A DNA stretch of 64,000 bases, from contig JAPYRK010000007.1 of assembly GCA_029941115.1 (NCBI GenBank), positions 2,042-66,041 of the forward strand. Direction: 5' to 3'. Position 1 is the stretch's first letter. Every line of letters starts with the position of its first letter. This stretch comes from Dehalococcoidia bacterium (GTDB lineage: Bacteria; Chloroflexota; Dehalococcoidia; UBA2979). The position numbers were made by a program, and so were the translations under genes. Shown here one piece after another: positions 42,107 to 52,111 of this stretch. The notes beneath the pieces were generated by a model, which did not search any database, had not been told where the DNA came from, and saw nothing but the letters and a program-made list of their open reading frames with translations.

Positions 42107-42934
42107 ATGACTAAGACAAGTTCCATAAACACCGGGACCGAAGAATTGCTCGCGGAGCTTAAAGAAGGCGTTCTTACTTTGACTCTCAATCGGCCAGATC
42201 GGCTTAACGCAATAAATGGTCCGATGCTTAAAGCTCTTTCAGAACAGCTACAACGGGCAAATCGCAACTCAGAAATTCGGGCAATTATTCTGACGGGAGC
42301 TGGTCGAGGCTTTTGCTCAGGGCTTGATTTAACCCAGCAAGTCGATCGAAAGAATCAAAATGAAGATGATTTATCCAATCAGCCACAATTTGACCTTTTC
42401 GATCTAACCCAGTCACCTCCACTCGCACTTTATCGGATGGACAAGCCGGTTATATGTGCCGTGAATGGTGCTGCTGCCGGCTACGGAATGGATCTTTCCT
42501 TGCTCTGCCATATTCGAATAGCAGGTGAAGGCGGAAAATTTGCGTTCACGACGGTTCGGCGAAACCTCCTCCCGGAATCGGGCGCTACGTGGTTATTGCC
42601 GCGCCTGGTGGGCCAGGGTAAAGCTGCTGAACTACTCCTACGGGGAGTCACACTGTCTGCAGAAGAATGCCTGGAACATGGTCTCGTGAACAAGGTCGTG
42701 CCTGATGAAGCGCTGCAGCATACGGCCGAACAGTGGGCCAATGAAATAGCCGCTCATGCGCCGGCTTCGGTCCAAGCAACTACAAGAATGCTCCGTCTAG
42801 GACAGGATGAAAGCTTCGAATCAAGCGCCGACCATTTAATGGGGTATCTAAGGAGCCTGATGAAAATGGATGATTTTCAAGAAGGGCTCTCCGCATTCTT
42901 CGAGAGAAGAGATCCCGATTTCAAAGGTCACTAG
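42107..42934 (+). CDS. enoyl-CoA hydratase/isomerase family protein
   Basis: LTLNRPDRLNAI, ILTGAGRGFCSGLDL, GAAAGYGMDLSLLCHIRIA. Confidence 0.8.
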   Translation: MTKTSSINTGTEELLAELKEGVLTLTLNRPDRLNAINGPMLKALSEQLQRANRNSEIRAIILTGAGRGFCSGLDLTQQVDRKNQNEDDLSNQPQFDLFDLTQSPPLALYRMDKPVICAVNGAAAGYGMDLSLLCHIRIAGEGGKFAFTTVRRNLLPESGATWLLPRLVGQGKAAELLLRGVTLSAEECLEHGLVNKVVPDEALQHTAEQWANEIAAHAPASVQATTRMLRLGQDESFESSADHLMGYLRSLMKMDDFQEGLSAFFERRDPDFKGH

Positions 42935-42980
42935 CTAGTTACAACTACCGTAACATTTATTCTAGCCAAGAATCTTGCGG

Positions 42981-43922
42981 TTAAGTTGTTCCTCGGAGTC
43001 GTGGATCGAGTAGATCTCTCATAGCATCACCCCAGAAATTGAAACCCATCACAGTTAACCCGATCGCCAGACCAGGTGCCCATAGCATCCAAATCTGACG
43101 TCTAAAGTATTCGCGAGCCTCGCCCGCAAACATCTGGCCCCAAGATGGTTCACCCGCCGGACCAAATCCGAGAAATGATAGTGCTGCTTCAGCAAGAATC
43201 GCATTCGGTAGCGCCAGAGTACTACTAACAATAATCAATGGAAGAATGTTCGGCAGCACGTGTCTAGACATAACACGGACAGAATTCGCTCCATATGATT
43301 CAGCAGCTTCTACAAAGGGTCTGCTTCTCACCTCTAGCGCCGCAGATCGATAGATACGGGTCACGCCCCACATTCTGGTAAAGGACAGGGTCACAACAAT
43401 AGCAATTATCTCACTCACTCCTGCTTGTCGCGCAATCTGCGCTGCGATAATAAGTAAAACAAGGTCCGGAAGAGCAAGTCCCGCTGTCACCATCATACTC
43501 ATGAAAGAATCAAATGTCTTGCCTAAATAAGCCCACATGATACCCATGACTGTCCCTGCGACACCACTTAATAACACAGTTCCCATACCCACGAAAAGTG
43601 AGAGTCGTGCGCCATAAATAAGCCTTGATGCTATATCTCTACCTACATAGTCTGTTCCCACCAAATGGGTCCATGATGGTGAAAGAAAGCGATCTCCTAA
43701 CGACTGTTTATATGGATCGAAAGGAACCAGCCACGGTGAAAAAACTGCTATAGTTAAAAAAATCACGACTATCACACCGCCAAAAAAGCCAAGAGGCCTT
43801 CGCACTGCGAATCTGCCCATTCCTGACAATTTCTGCTGAATCCAAGGACGACTGTCCTCAGGGATAAGTTCATAAAACTCTTCTTCAGTCAACGGTGCTG
43901 TCTCTTGCTCTGACATATTCAC
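42981..43922 (-). CDS. ABC transporter permease, DppC-like
   Basis: Permease fold with N-terminal extension. Confidence 0.8.
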   Translation of the reverse strand: MNMSEQETAPLTEEEFYELIPEDSRPWIQQKLSGMGRFAVRRPLGFFGGVIVVIFLTIAVFSPWLVPFDPYKQSLGDRFLSPSWTHLVGTDYVGRDIASRLIYGARLSLFVGMGTVLLSGVAGTVMGIMWAYLGKTFDSFMSMMVTAGLALPDLVLLIIAAQIARQAGVSEIIAIVVTLSFTRMWGVTRIYRSAALEVRSRPFVEAAESYGANSVRVMSRHVLPNILPLIIVSSTLALPNAILAEAALSFLGFGPAGEPSWGQMFAGEAREYFRRQIWMLWAPGLAIGLTVMGFNFWGDAMRDLLDPRLRGTT

Positions 43923-43927
43923 GCCTA

Positions 43928-44929
43928 CTAACTGTATCTAATTCGTGGATCAATCCATGCATAGGAAAGGTCCACAAGAAAATTCGTTATCGAAATTATT
44001 AGAGCAAACACTAATACCACGCTCTGAATGACCGGAATGTCAAAGTCGCCAACCGCATCAACTATGTATTTTCCCATACCCGGCAACGTGAAGAATCTTT
44101 CAAAAATTACGTTCCCTGCAATCAAAATAGGGACAACTAAACCAAATAGTGTCACGACTGGAATCATTGCGTTTCGCATAGCATGTCGGATAATAACCAT
44201 CCGTTCCACAACGCCCTTTGACCGAGCTGTTCTAATATAATCCTGTCTCAATACTTCGAGCATTGTGGCACGCATATATCGAACAAAGACACTTCCGGGG
44301 GTCAGAGCAATCAGCACGACCGGTAGCCACATAACGCTGAAATGCTGAACCGGATCAACCCAGAGATGCTCAAAACGGATGTCAGGAGCCCACCTCCACC
44401 ACTTAGACGCATATTCAACTACTAACGTCGCAATCCAAAAGTTCGGGAACGCACTGAGCGCAATAGCATAACCGCGCACCGTGTAGTCCACCGAAGTATC
44501 CTGCTTAACAGCCGTCAGTGCTCCAAGGGGCACCGCGGTAACCGCGGACAATACGAGTGCAATTAAACCAAGTTCCACTGACACGGGAAGTCTCCACTTC
44601 AGCTCATCCCACACCGGTCGCTCGCTAAGTACTGAGGACCCAAGATCTCCTTGGAGTAAATTCCCAGCCCAAGATAAGTATCGTTCCAAAATTGGCTTGT
44701 CTAAGCCCGCTCTTGCCAGAGTTTGACGTACCATCTCCGGGTCAGCAAGTTGTTCCTCAGGCACTAGAAAGTATGATATCGATTCGGTCCAGTCATTTGG
44801 ATCAAGTGATCTATCCGATATAAAAAATGGGCCTATCACATGGAGTAACAGGAAAATAAGTACTGTCACCATCCAAATCGAGATGAGCGTCAAAATCGCG
44901 CGCCGAACAATATAAGCCGTCATTGGCAA
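43928..44929 (-). CDS. ABC transporter permease, DppB-like
   Basis: Six TM helices, conserved EAA region. Confidence 0.8.
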   Translation of the reverse strand: MPMTAYIVRRAILTLISIWMVTVLIFLLLHVIGPFFISDRSLDPNDWTESISYFLVPEEQLADPEMVRQTLARAGLDKPILERYLSWAGNLLQGDLGSSVLSERPVWDELKWRLPVSVELGLIALVLSAVTAVPLGALTAVKQDTSVDYTVRGYAIALSAFPNFWIATLVVEYASKWWRWAPDIRFEHLWVDPVQHFSVMWLPVVLIALTPGSVFVRYMRATMLEVLRQDYIRTARSKGVVERMVIIRHAMRNAMIPVVTLFGLVVPILIAGNVIFERFFTLPGMGKYIVDAVGDFDIPVIQSVVLVFALIISITNFLVDLSYAWIDPRIRYS

Positions 44930-45033
44930 AAGCTCCTAGGATAAATCTCTCACGAACATTTCAAGCTTAAAACGTAAGCGAAGGACTGATATCAATTGAT
45001 ATCAGTCCTTCGGTACTAAAACAAAGTCTCAAC

Positions 45034-47034
45034 TTAGCCGAGTAGCTTCTTCCGAAGTGGCTCATCAATCCATACCTGAGAGAAGCGCTGTTGCTCTTCA
45101 TACTCAAGATGATCTCGACGCCATCCCCAGTTCTTCGTGAATGGCCAGCTCAGTGCATATGGTGCAACCGCATATGGCCAACCTGCAGGAATACAAGGCA
45201 TTCTTTCAACATTGTCTACCTGCCACTGGCGAATCATATCAAGCTGAGTTTCCTGATCCGTTTCACTCCGAATCTTTAGGATTGTCGCATCGGAGGCACT
45301 AGTACCTTCAATCGCGTCAACCTCAACTGGATTCTTATACTCATTCTTGTGCTGGTTGCCACCAGGCGTGTACGCAATGTGCTGTCGTGTTCCTTGTGAA
45401 TACAAGTCCGCGAACATCGTCTGTGACACAAACGGAAGTCCACCGGCACCACCCTGCTTAGCCGCCCAGATAATACCGTCAAAGTCACCACTCCCGTAGT
45501 AATAGTGCGGTAGATAGTCGGTCTTATAGTCTGGATGCTCAGCAGTTACCTTGAAGTGGCCATCCTGCTCGAAGAAACCTTGATAAGCCTCTCCTACACG
45601 TGGGAACGTCGTACCATACTCAGTGGTAGCAATCCACTTCATCGGCAACTCGAAGCCTTGCTCCATGCCAGCAGCAGCCATTAGTTTTGCTGCTTCTTCA
45701 GGGTTTCGGTAATACAACTTACTCTGCGCAGCAGAATACTGCTGCCCATAATCCATAAATTCTTTACCCGCTGGATCGACCCAATAATCGTTATATCCAG
45801 ATGAGATACCCATACCATGAATTCTCGCCTTGGTGGGCCATCCCTTATCACGGAACGCCGTCAAGTCATAGAAAGTGTCATTAATGAGTTCTCGGTCAAT
45901 CAGCATCGAAAGTGCTTGTCTAGCCCGTTGGTCGCGCCAGATAGACCCTGGCTTCAAACCAAACGCTATACCCCAGTTACCCTTCTGCACCGGCTCCTGC
46001 CATACATCTAGTTCTGGAATATCCTCCTTAGTAGAAATAATATCTTCTTGACGAGTCTGGCTCCACCATAACTGACCTGCTTTAAACTGAGCCTGTCTCT
46101 GAGCATATTCATCAATAACTGGGTTGTCGAAACCATCCATAAACGGCTTGTTAACACCCCATGCGTTTGGATTCGCTCGCCAACGCATAGCGACAGAGCG
46201 GTCCCAGCTATCGAGCATCCACGGGCCAGTACCACGAATGTCATCCCTTGGATTGTATTTTTCAGCAATAGCTTCTTGTGGTTGCACCATGAACCAACGT
46301 TGGTAGGCGATAGCTGCCAATATGTCACCAAAACTGAAAGCCATATCGATTCTAATTGTGTGATCATCGACGGCGACCATATCAATAATTGGAGCGTCAT
46401 CACTTCGTGAGTGGGCAAGATCTGCAGCTGAGTTTGAAAGAGCTTCAAATTTCTTCCATGATTGAGCTACGTCTTCTGCGACAAATGGACGACTGTTTGT
46501 CGGCGGACGTGGATCCCACTTTGCGTCTTTCCGGAGATTCAAAATTAACGTAGTCGCGTCTGCAAATTCCCAATTTTCAACTAGCCCAGCCTGAACGTTG
46601 CCTTTTGCGGTGTTATCTCCCAAACCTGGCTCAAACTCAAGAAGTGTCTGATAAGCCCAGCGAGAATAATAAGCTGCCTTATAAGAAGTAGCCTGAAGTG
46701 GGTCAACTTGCTCTGGTTCTGCTTGAGTAATTCCTTTGAAGATACCTCCGCGGGTTGCCTGAGCTGTGTGATCCACCCTCGGGGTTAAAATACCAGTTTC
46801 TGTAGCTGCTGCTTGCTGTGAGACAAGTGCCTGTGTAGCTGCCGCGGTTGCTGCGCTACTACCACTACTTGTAGCTGCAACTTCAGCCTCATCGCCTCCA
46901 CCACACCCTATGAGTGCAGCACCGCCTAATCCCATCAGACCGAGCGCGCTACCACGCACTACTGCTCTTCGAGAAACGGGGCGCCTTGACCAATAATTTC
47001 CGGACATTGCAAAACCTCCTTGCCGTATAGCCAA
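45034..47034 (-). CDS. ABC transporter substrate-binding lipoprotein, family 5, Tat-type signal
   Basis: SRRAVVRGSALGLMGLGGAALIGCGG twin-arginine plus lipobox-like N-terminus, 666 aa SBP_bac_5-like. The true start may be the internal Met at MSGNYW. Confidence 0.8.
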   Translation of the reverse strand: MAIRQGGFAMSGNYWSRRPVSRRAVVRGSALGLMGLGGAALIGCGGGDEAEVAATSSGSSAATAAATQALVSQQAAATETGILTPRVDHTAQATRGGIFKGITQAEPEQVDPLQATSYKAAYYSRWAYQTLLEFEPGLGDNTAKGNVQAGLVENWEFADATTLILNLRKDAKWDPRPPTNSRPFVAEDVAQSWKKFEALSNSAADLAHSRSDDAPIIDMVAVDDHTIRIDMAFSFGDILAAIAYQRWFMVQPQEAIAEKYNPRDDIRGTGPWMLDSWDRSVAMRWRANPNAWGVNKPFMDGFDNPVIDEYAQRQAQFKAGQLWWSQTRQEDIISTKEDIPELDVWQEPVQKGNWGIAFGLKPGSIWRDQRARQALSMLIDRELINDTFYDLTAFRDKGWPTKARIHGMGISSGYNDYWVDPAGKEFMDYGQQYSAAQSKLYYRNPEEAAKLMAAAGMEQGFELPMKWIATTEYGTTFPRVGEAYQGFFEQDGHFKVTAEHPDYKTDYLPHYYYGSGDFDGIIWAAKQGGAGGLPFVSQTMFADLYSQGTRQHIAYTPGGNQHKNEYKNPVEVDAIEGTSASDATILKIRSETDQETQLDMIRQWQVDNVERMPCIPAGWPYAVAPYALSWPFTKNWGWRRDHLEYEEQQRFSQVWIDEPLRKKLLG

Positions 47035-47133
47035 ATCGTGGCTAATTAACGTGCTTGGGCGAAGTATCGGTCATCACTAAAAGTTTGTCAACTCCCTTCG
47101 TCAGGTCACCCGCTGGGCGAGTTATACTGAACA

Positions 47134-47594
47134 CTATGGTACAACTTTCGTTTAAGTCCGAAGACATAAAATTTGCCCACCTCGCAACTGTTTACAGCCT
47201 TGGTTCGCCCGGAAATTCTGGTGAAGAAGTTGAGCGTATTAAAGAAATACGAGATTTACTGAAAGACGATATTGACAAAGCAACTTCAACCATAGCTTTC
47301 TCAAACAGGGATATAATAAAGCTTGGCGCAGCCCTCAATGGTGTCATCAATGAACTCAAGCAATTCGCCATAGGTAACGGCCGATCAATGGTGCCTGGAT
47401 TTAGTCAAGCAGTACAAGCCTCATTTCCAGAAACAAGAGCAAATCCGGGCTTCGCAATGGATTTAATCGAATCTCCTGTAAAATTAAAACGGCGCCTTTC
47501 TATTAATATTAACGACGCCCATCAAGAAATCGAACAAGCCCAAGAAACTGAAAAAAGGACAGAGCCACGCTGGAAATTTTGGAAGAAATTATGA
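47134..47594 (+). CDS. hypothetical protein (start uncertain, 47055 or 47134)
   Basis: ORF only. No recognisable motifs. Confidence 0.35.
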
Positions 47595-48080
47595 ACTTAA
47601 GTCTTCAACATACTCTAGGACTACTGCTGCTTTGTTAGTCAACTCACTGACTGCAACCTCACCGACTCCTCCTGGTTAGCTAACACCCCACCATCCTAGG
47701 AATCGCTGCCATATGATTCAATTTCGAATTCTGCCAAACCCAGGAAGCCCATTGCAGACGAAATTGTGCCTGGCCAAATTTTCGCTGTCAAGCTCAATTC
47801 AATGTGCCTGAGCCATCATTAAAGCGAGAATAGACTGATCAGCTTTAAGTCACACGAAGGTCCGAAAATATGCCCTTTGACCTTGCCGTAGAAGTCCGAC
47901 ACCGAGATGCCGGGCAGAAATTTCCCAACGGTAGCTCGGCACTCTAATTAGGTACTCAGTCGACCGGTGTAACCAAATCTTATTGTATTGATATGAGGAC
48001 TATTCTGTTATTTCTCAACAGGATCAAAGATTATAGATATTCAACCACAGTCAGAAATCAATGAATTACAAAAAATCAAT

Positions 48081-48356
48081 CTAGGAAGGTACTTTTGCTC
48101 GAGCGGCATCCTTATCGGTAAACCACAAAGCATTAATTTCCGTATATATAGCCTCTTCTTCCGGAACATCATCTTCCGCGTAAATAGCAGATACCGGACA
48201 AGCAGGTTCACAGGCACCACAGTCAATGCACTCATCAGGGTCGACGTAAAGAATTTTATCAAGACTTTCTTCAAAATGTATGCAGTCCACAGGACAGACA
48301 TCTACGCATGACTGGTCCAAGGTGTCAATACAGGGAGTCGTAATCACATAGGTCAT
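48081..48356 (-). CDS. fdxA: 7Fe ferredoxin (FdxA type, 3Fe-4S + 4Fe-4S)
   Basis: MTYVITTPCIDTLDQSCVDVCPVDCI...CIDCGACEPACPV. Confidence 0.85.
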   Translation of the reverse strand: MTYVITTPCIDTLDQSCVDVCPVDCIHFEESLDKILYVDPDECIDCGACEPACPVSAIYAEDDVPEEEAIYTEINALWFTDKDAARAKVPS

Positions 48357-48441
48357 TGTTCGAAACCTTTCGCTACTAAGTGCTGCTTACGGAGTCAATA
48401 ATGCTACTCCCGAGGGAGTTATGTCAACTCCTGTTTTAACC

Positions 48442-49248
48442 CTATAGAGAATTGAGATCTAAGCCCTCAAGAAATGGAAGATCTTCATGTTCAATAATTG
48501 AGCCTCCTTCTTGCAACGGAAGCGCTGTAGCCCTCACTGTGCCGTCAGAATTCAGGTTAACTCGAAGTGCATGTCCACCGTTGTGACCTCCAAGTCCTTC
48601 CGACGCCCCACTGTAAGCCGCGACGGTCTCTCCCGCAGCGACTCGCGTCATTTGTTCCCAATGGCCCAAAGCAACATAATCTCTCCCACTAGCGGCAAGT
48701 TCGCTCTCCAATATATGGAACGAGTGATGAAGTAGTGCCTTCGGGTGGATAAAATGACCATGTCCTACCGCAAGCGACCAAGCGTAATCACCACGCTCCG
48801 GGATCCCTTCAAAAGGGGAGAAATCCATCAACGTCTCTGTGTGGGAGCGGCCCCAAATCTCAAGATTTAGATCCTCAAAAACGGCAGTCTCGCCGTCGCG
48901 ACCCCGCAAAAGAGTGACGTTCGGAGCCAAGGTCGCCAAATCAAATCTGTCATATACGGAATAAGGGCCGACGTGATCATGATTGCCCGGGCCTATGATC
49001 GTTGGCCGATTCAACCTCGCCAGTTCCGACGCAGCGAATTCTAACGTTGTTTCCTTCACTCGAGAATTGTCAAAAAAATCTCCCGCGATTATAACCAAAT
49101 CAGCATCTTCAGCTATCGCTAGATTAACGACTGCAGTAAACGCCTCCTCTAAGTGAACGCTATCTCCACTGTTTCCAGCATCGTACGCACCAAGGTGTAC
49201 ATCGCTCGTATGTACAATCTTTAGATTAGGACGTAGCTTAGTAGTCAT
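48442..49248 (-). CDS. metallophosphoesterase (calcineurin-like)
   Basis: HTSDVHLG, GDFFD and GNHDH motifs. Confidence 0.7.
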   Translation of the reverse strand: MTTKLRPNLKIVHTSDVHLGAYDAGNSGDSVHLEEAFTAVVNLAIAEDADLVIIAGDFFDNSRVKETTLEFAASELARLNRPTIIGPGNHDHVGPYSVYDRFDLATLAPNVTLLRGRDGETAVFEDLNLEIWGRSHTETLMDFSPFEGIPERGDYAWSLAVGHGHFIHPKALLHHSFHILESELAASGRDYVALGHWEQMTRVAAGETVAAYSGASEGLGGHNGGHALRVNLNSDGTVRATALPLQEGGSIIEHEDLPFLEGLDLNSL

Positions 49249-49316
49249 TTTTCTCCTCCAGATTCATCAGTCCTAGGGTAGATTTACAATCATTTTCATT
49301 CAACCGCCTCAAAATA

Positions 49317-50702
49317 TTATTTCTCCCGCGGCATTTTTGGTTGCATCGACTCCAAACTATCTGAAAGAGCTTGAGATAGTCCGGAAATAGGAACTCGTAT
49401 TTGCTTCATACTATCTCGCTCTCTGATAGTCACCGCCTCGTCATCCAACGACTCAAAGTCCACCGTGACACAAACTGGAGTTCCAATTTCATCCTGCCTT
49501 CTATATCGCCGGCCGATTGACTGTGCGTCGTCAAACTGTGTTCGAAATTGAGTTTTCAACCTATCATGCACACTTTTTGCCGTGGGGCTTAATTTTTCAT
49601 TCCGAGATAACGGTAAGATTGCGACATTGACCGGGGCTACATTCGGAGCAAGCCTCAGTAGCGTCCTCGTCTCATCACCTACAATTTCTTCATCATAGGC
49701 ATCAAGTAACAAAGTAAGCATCAGTCGGTCCACACCGGCTGCCGGTTCTATCACATGAGGCACAATATGCTCGTTTCGTTCTTGGTCAAAAAAAGTTAAT
49801 TTCTGTCCTGAATGCTTTGAGTGCTGTGTAAGATCAAAGTCTCCTCTATTCGCAATTCCCTCTAGTTCTCCCCAACCCCAAGGAAAATGAACCTCGATAT
49901 CAGTCGTACCCTTTGAATAATGTGAAAGTTCCTCTTGTGCGTGTGTCCGAAGTCTAAGGTGCTGAGGGCGAATCCCCAATGAAAAGTACCAGTCCAACCT
50001 CTCTTGCTTCCAATACTCGTACCATTCAGCAGAGTCCTCCGGATAGCAAAAGAATTCCATCTCCATCTGCTCAAATTCCCGGGTTCGAAAAATGAATTGC
50101 TTGACCGTTATTTCATTTCGAAAAGATTTTCCGATTTGTGCGATACCGAAAGGTAATCGCTGCCTCATTGAAGATTGTACCTGCGAAAAATTCACGAACA
50201 TTCCTTGTGCGGTTTCTGGGCGCATATATGCTCGTCCACTCTCGTCTGAAACTGGACCAACTATCGTGCTTAGCATCATATTAAACTGCTTTGGAGCAGT
50301 AAATCCTCGGTTGGCCTTACACGTAGGGCACGTACCATCGGGGCTCTCCTCAGCTAGTAGATCTTCACGAAATCTAGCTTGGCAATTCAAGCACTCAACC
50401 AGGGGATCATGAAATGCATCAAGATGCCCTGCAGCAGACCAAACTTTAGGGTTCGTGATAATTGCGGCCTCAAGTCCAACTATATTGTCACGCTCGCGCA
50501 CCATAGATTGCCACCAAAGCTCTCGAATATTTCGCTTGAGTTCGACACCTAACGGCCCGTAGTCGTAGGCAGCAGCAAATCCACCATATATTTCCGCAGA
50601 AGGAAATACGAAACCTCGACGCTTCGCCAGAGATGTAATCTTTTCTATGTCCGCTTTCATCTCTGAAGGCTCATCGATATCATTATCGGTCATAATCCAC
50701 AC
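49317..50702 (-). CDS. glyQS: glycyl-tRNA synthetase, dimeric alpha2 type
   Basis: LAKRRGFVFPSAEIYGGFAAAYDYGPLGVELKRNI matches the alpha2 GlyRS N-terminus. The true start may be an internal Met (about 50693 or 50663). Confidence 0.85.
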   Translation of the reverse strand: MWIMTDNDIDEPSEMKADIEKITSLAKRRGFVFPSAEIYGGFAAAYDYGPLGVELKRNIRELWWQSMVRERDNIVGLEAAIITNPKVWSAAGHLDAFHDPLVECLNCQARFREDLLAEESPDGTCPTCKANRGFTAPKQFNMMLSTIVGPVSDESGRAYMRPETAQGMFVNFSQVQSSMRQRLPFGIAQIGKSFRNEITVKQFIFRTREFEQMEMEFFCYPEDSAEWYEYWKQERLDWYFSLGIRPQHLRLRTHAQEELSHYSKGTTDIEVHFPWGWGELEGIANRGDFDLTQHSKHSGQKLTFFDQERNEHIVPHVIEPAAGVDRLMLTLLLDAYDEEIVGDETRTLLRLAPNVAPVNVAILPLSRNEKLSPTAKSVHDRLKTQFRTQFDDAQSIGRRYRRQDEIGTPVCVTVDFESLDDEAVTIRERDSMKQIRVPISGLSQALSDSLESMQPKMPREK

Positions 50703-50775
50703 CTCTCGAACACTAAGCTTAAGTTAACTCGAGTAGACCTTGAAACCAACTCCTAGCTACAGGAAACGATTGACG

Positions 50776-51411
50776 TTATAAAGATTTCAAGAATGGATTA
50801 AATTGTATTTCGTTCCCAATCGTTGTTTCGAGACCATGACCGCTGTGCACCACGGTATCAGGTGGCAAAGTCATAAGATGTTCTTTAATCGAATTCATTA
50901 ATTGTTCACTATTTGAACCAGGGAAATCAGATCGCCCGATCGAACCTTGAAATAACACATCTCCGGTGAATACCTGGCTGTGACCATAAATACAGATATG
51001 TCCCGGTGTATGTCCTGGAGTAAATAAAATCTCATATTCGGTTAAATTACCTATCTGAATTTTTTCACCATGAACCAGATATCTGTCTGGCGCACGCGGC
51101 ACCGAAACCTCGTGACCATACCAAGTTGAAGCTGACGGCGCCTGCTGACCGATAAGTGGGTAATCTAATTCGTGCATGGCGAATATTGCTTTTGGAAAAT
51201 TAGAAAGAATGTCGAATACTGCCCCGCTATGGTCGAGATGGGCATGCGTAACTAAAACCCAGGTCACATTCCAGTTATTTTGCTTAAGCTGCTCAACCAG
51301 CTCCGCTCCATTGTCGCCAGGATCAACAATCATCACGTCTTGAGTTTGCTCATCACCCACAACATAACAATTTGCCTGCAGACGACCAACAACATAGTTT
51401 TGAAAAATCAT
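50776..51411 (-). CDS. MBL-fold metallo-hydrolase (glyoxalase II-like)
   Basis: THAHLDHSG motif. Confidence 0.8.
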   Translation of the reverse strand: MIFQNYVVGRLQANCYVVGDEQTQDVMIVDPGDNGAELVEQLKQNNWNVTWVLVTHAHLDHSGAVFDILSNFPKAIFAMHELDYPLIGQQAPSASTWYGHEVSVPRAPDRYLVHGEKIQIGNLTEYEILFTPGHTPGHICIYGHSQVFTGDVLFQGSIGRSDFPGSNSEQLMNSIKEHLMTLPPDTVVHSGHGLETTIGNEIQFNPFLKSL

Positions 51412-51414
51412 CTA

Positions 51415-51783
51415 CTAGGTCTTGACGAATCGCTCAACAGGTAGCACAAAGATTACGGCTCCACCCGCGGTGATCTGAACAATTCGAGATGAAAAGGCTG
51501 CGTCGCCTGCAAGTGGCAGTCCTTGCAACGGAACCATCTCTTCCCTCTCCTGACACTCTGACTTCACAATTTCGAGAACCCGATCAACATCCACATGATT
51601 GACTCCGCTTAGCAAAGTAGCAGATCCCTTCCGAAGAAAGCCGCCTGTGCTACCGATCCGAGTAACGCTGAATTGCGCCTGAATCAGAGCGTTACTTAGC
51701 GCATCCGCATCATCTTGGGCAACCACCATTAAAACGATGCGATCCACTTGCGATTCTATAGACATAAGCTCCTCGACATCCAT
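51415..51783 (-). CDS. darA: PII-like DUF970 protein, DarA/YaaQ family (putative cyclic-di-AMP receptor)
   Basis: RIGSTGGFLRKGSATLLSGV and ITAGGAVIFVLPVERF match B. subtilis YaaQ/DarA ([20 protein letters not shown] / EVGGATVFVLPVDEF). The start may be the internal Met at 51765. Confidence 0.6.
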   Translation of the reverse strand: MDVEELMSIESQVDRIVLMVVAQDDADALSNALIQAQFSVTRIGSTGGFLRKGSATLLSGVNHVDVDRVLEIVKSECQEREEMVPLQGLPLAGDAAFSSRIVQITAGGAVIFVLPVERFVKT

Positions 51784-51874
51784 TTCTCAGGTTTCGCCAC
51801 AACAAGCAAATGGTAATGCATCTCAGCAATTTTAACTAAGAGACATGTGTAAAATTCAATTATGTTTTATGAAA

Positions 51875-52075
51875 TTAACTTCGGCTATAACGTTTATTAA
51901 ACCGCTCGACTCGCCCAGCGGTGTCAACAATTCTTTGTTCACCCGTGAAGAAAGGATGGCAATTAGAGCACACGTCAACTTTTAGGTTTTCCTTGGTTGA
52001 TCTAGTCTCCCACGAAAATCCACACGCACAGGAAATACTAGTCAAAACATATTCCGGATGAACTTCGCTCTTCAT
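51875..52075 (-). CDS. rpmE: 50S ribosomal protein L31 (zinc-binding type A)
   Basis: MKSEVHPEY..., CxCG and CSNCH zinc ligands. Confidence 0.9.
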   Translation of the reverse strand: MKSEVHPEYVLTSISCACGFSWETRSTKENLKVDVCSNCHPFFTGEQRIVDTAGRVERFNKRYSRS

Positions 52076-52111
52076 AATAATTATCTATCCTCAAAAACCT
52101 GCCACTTAACA

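Noticed and set aside
47840-47960. RNase P-like GAAGGTCCG motif in the long non-coding gap
   Set aside because: It is only a 9-nt resemblance to the P4 region consensus. Flanking conserved elements (AGGAAAGUCCGGGCUCC, ACAGAAACCCGGCUUA-like) are absent, so an RNase P call is not supported. The region is kept as an unassigned ncRNA candidate instead.
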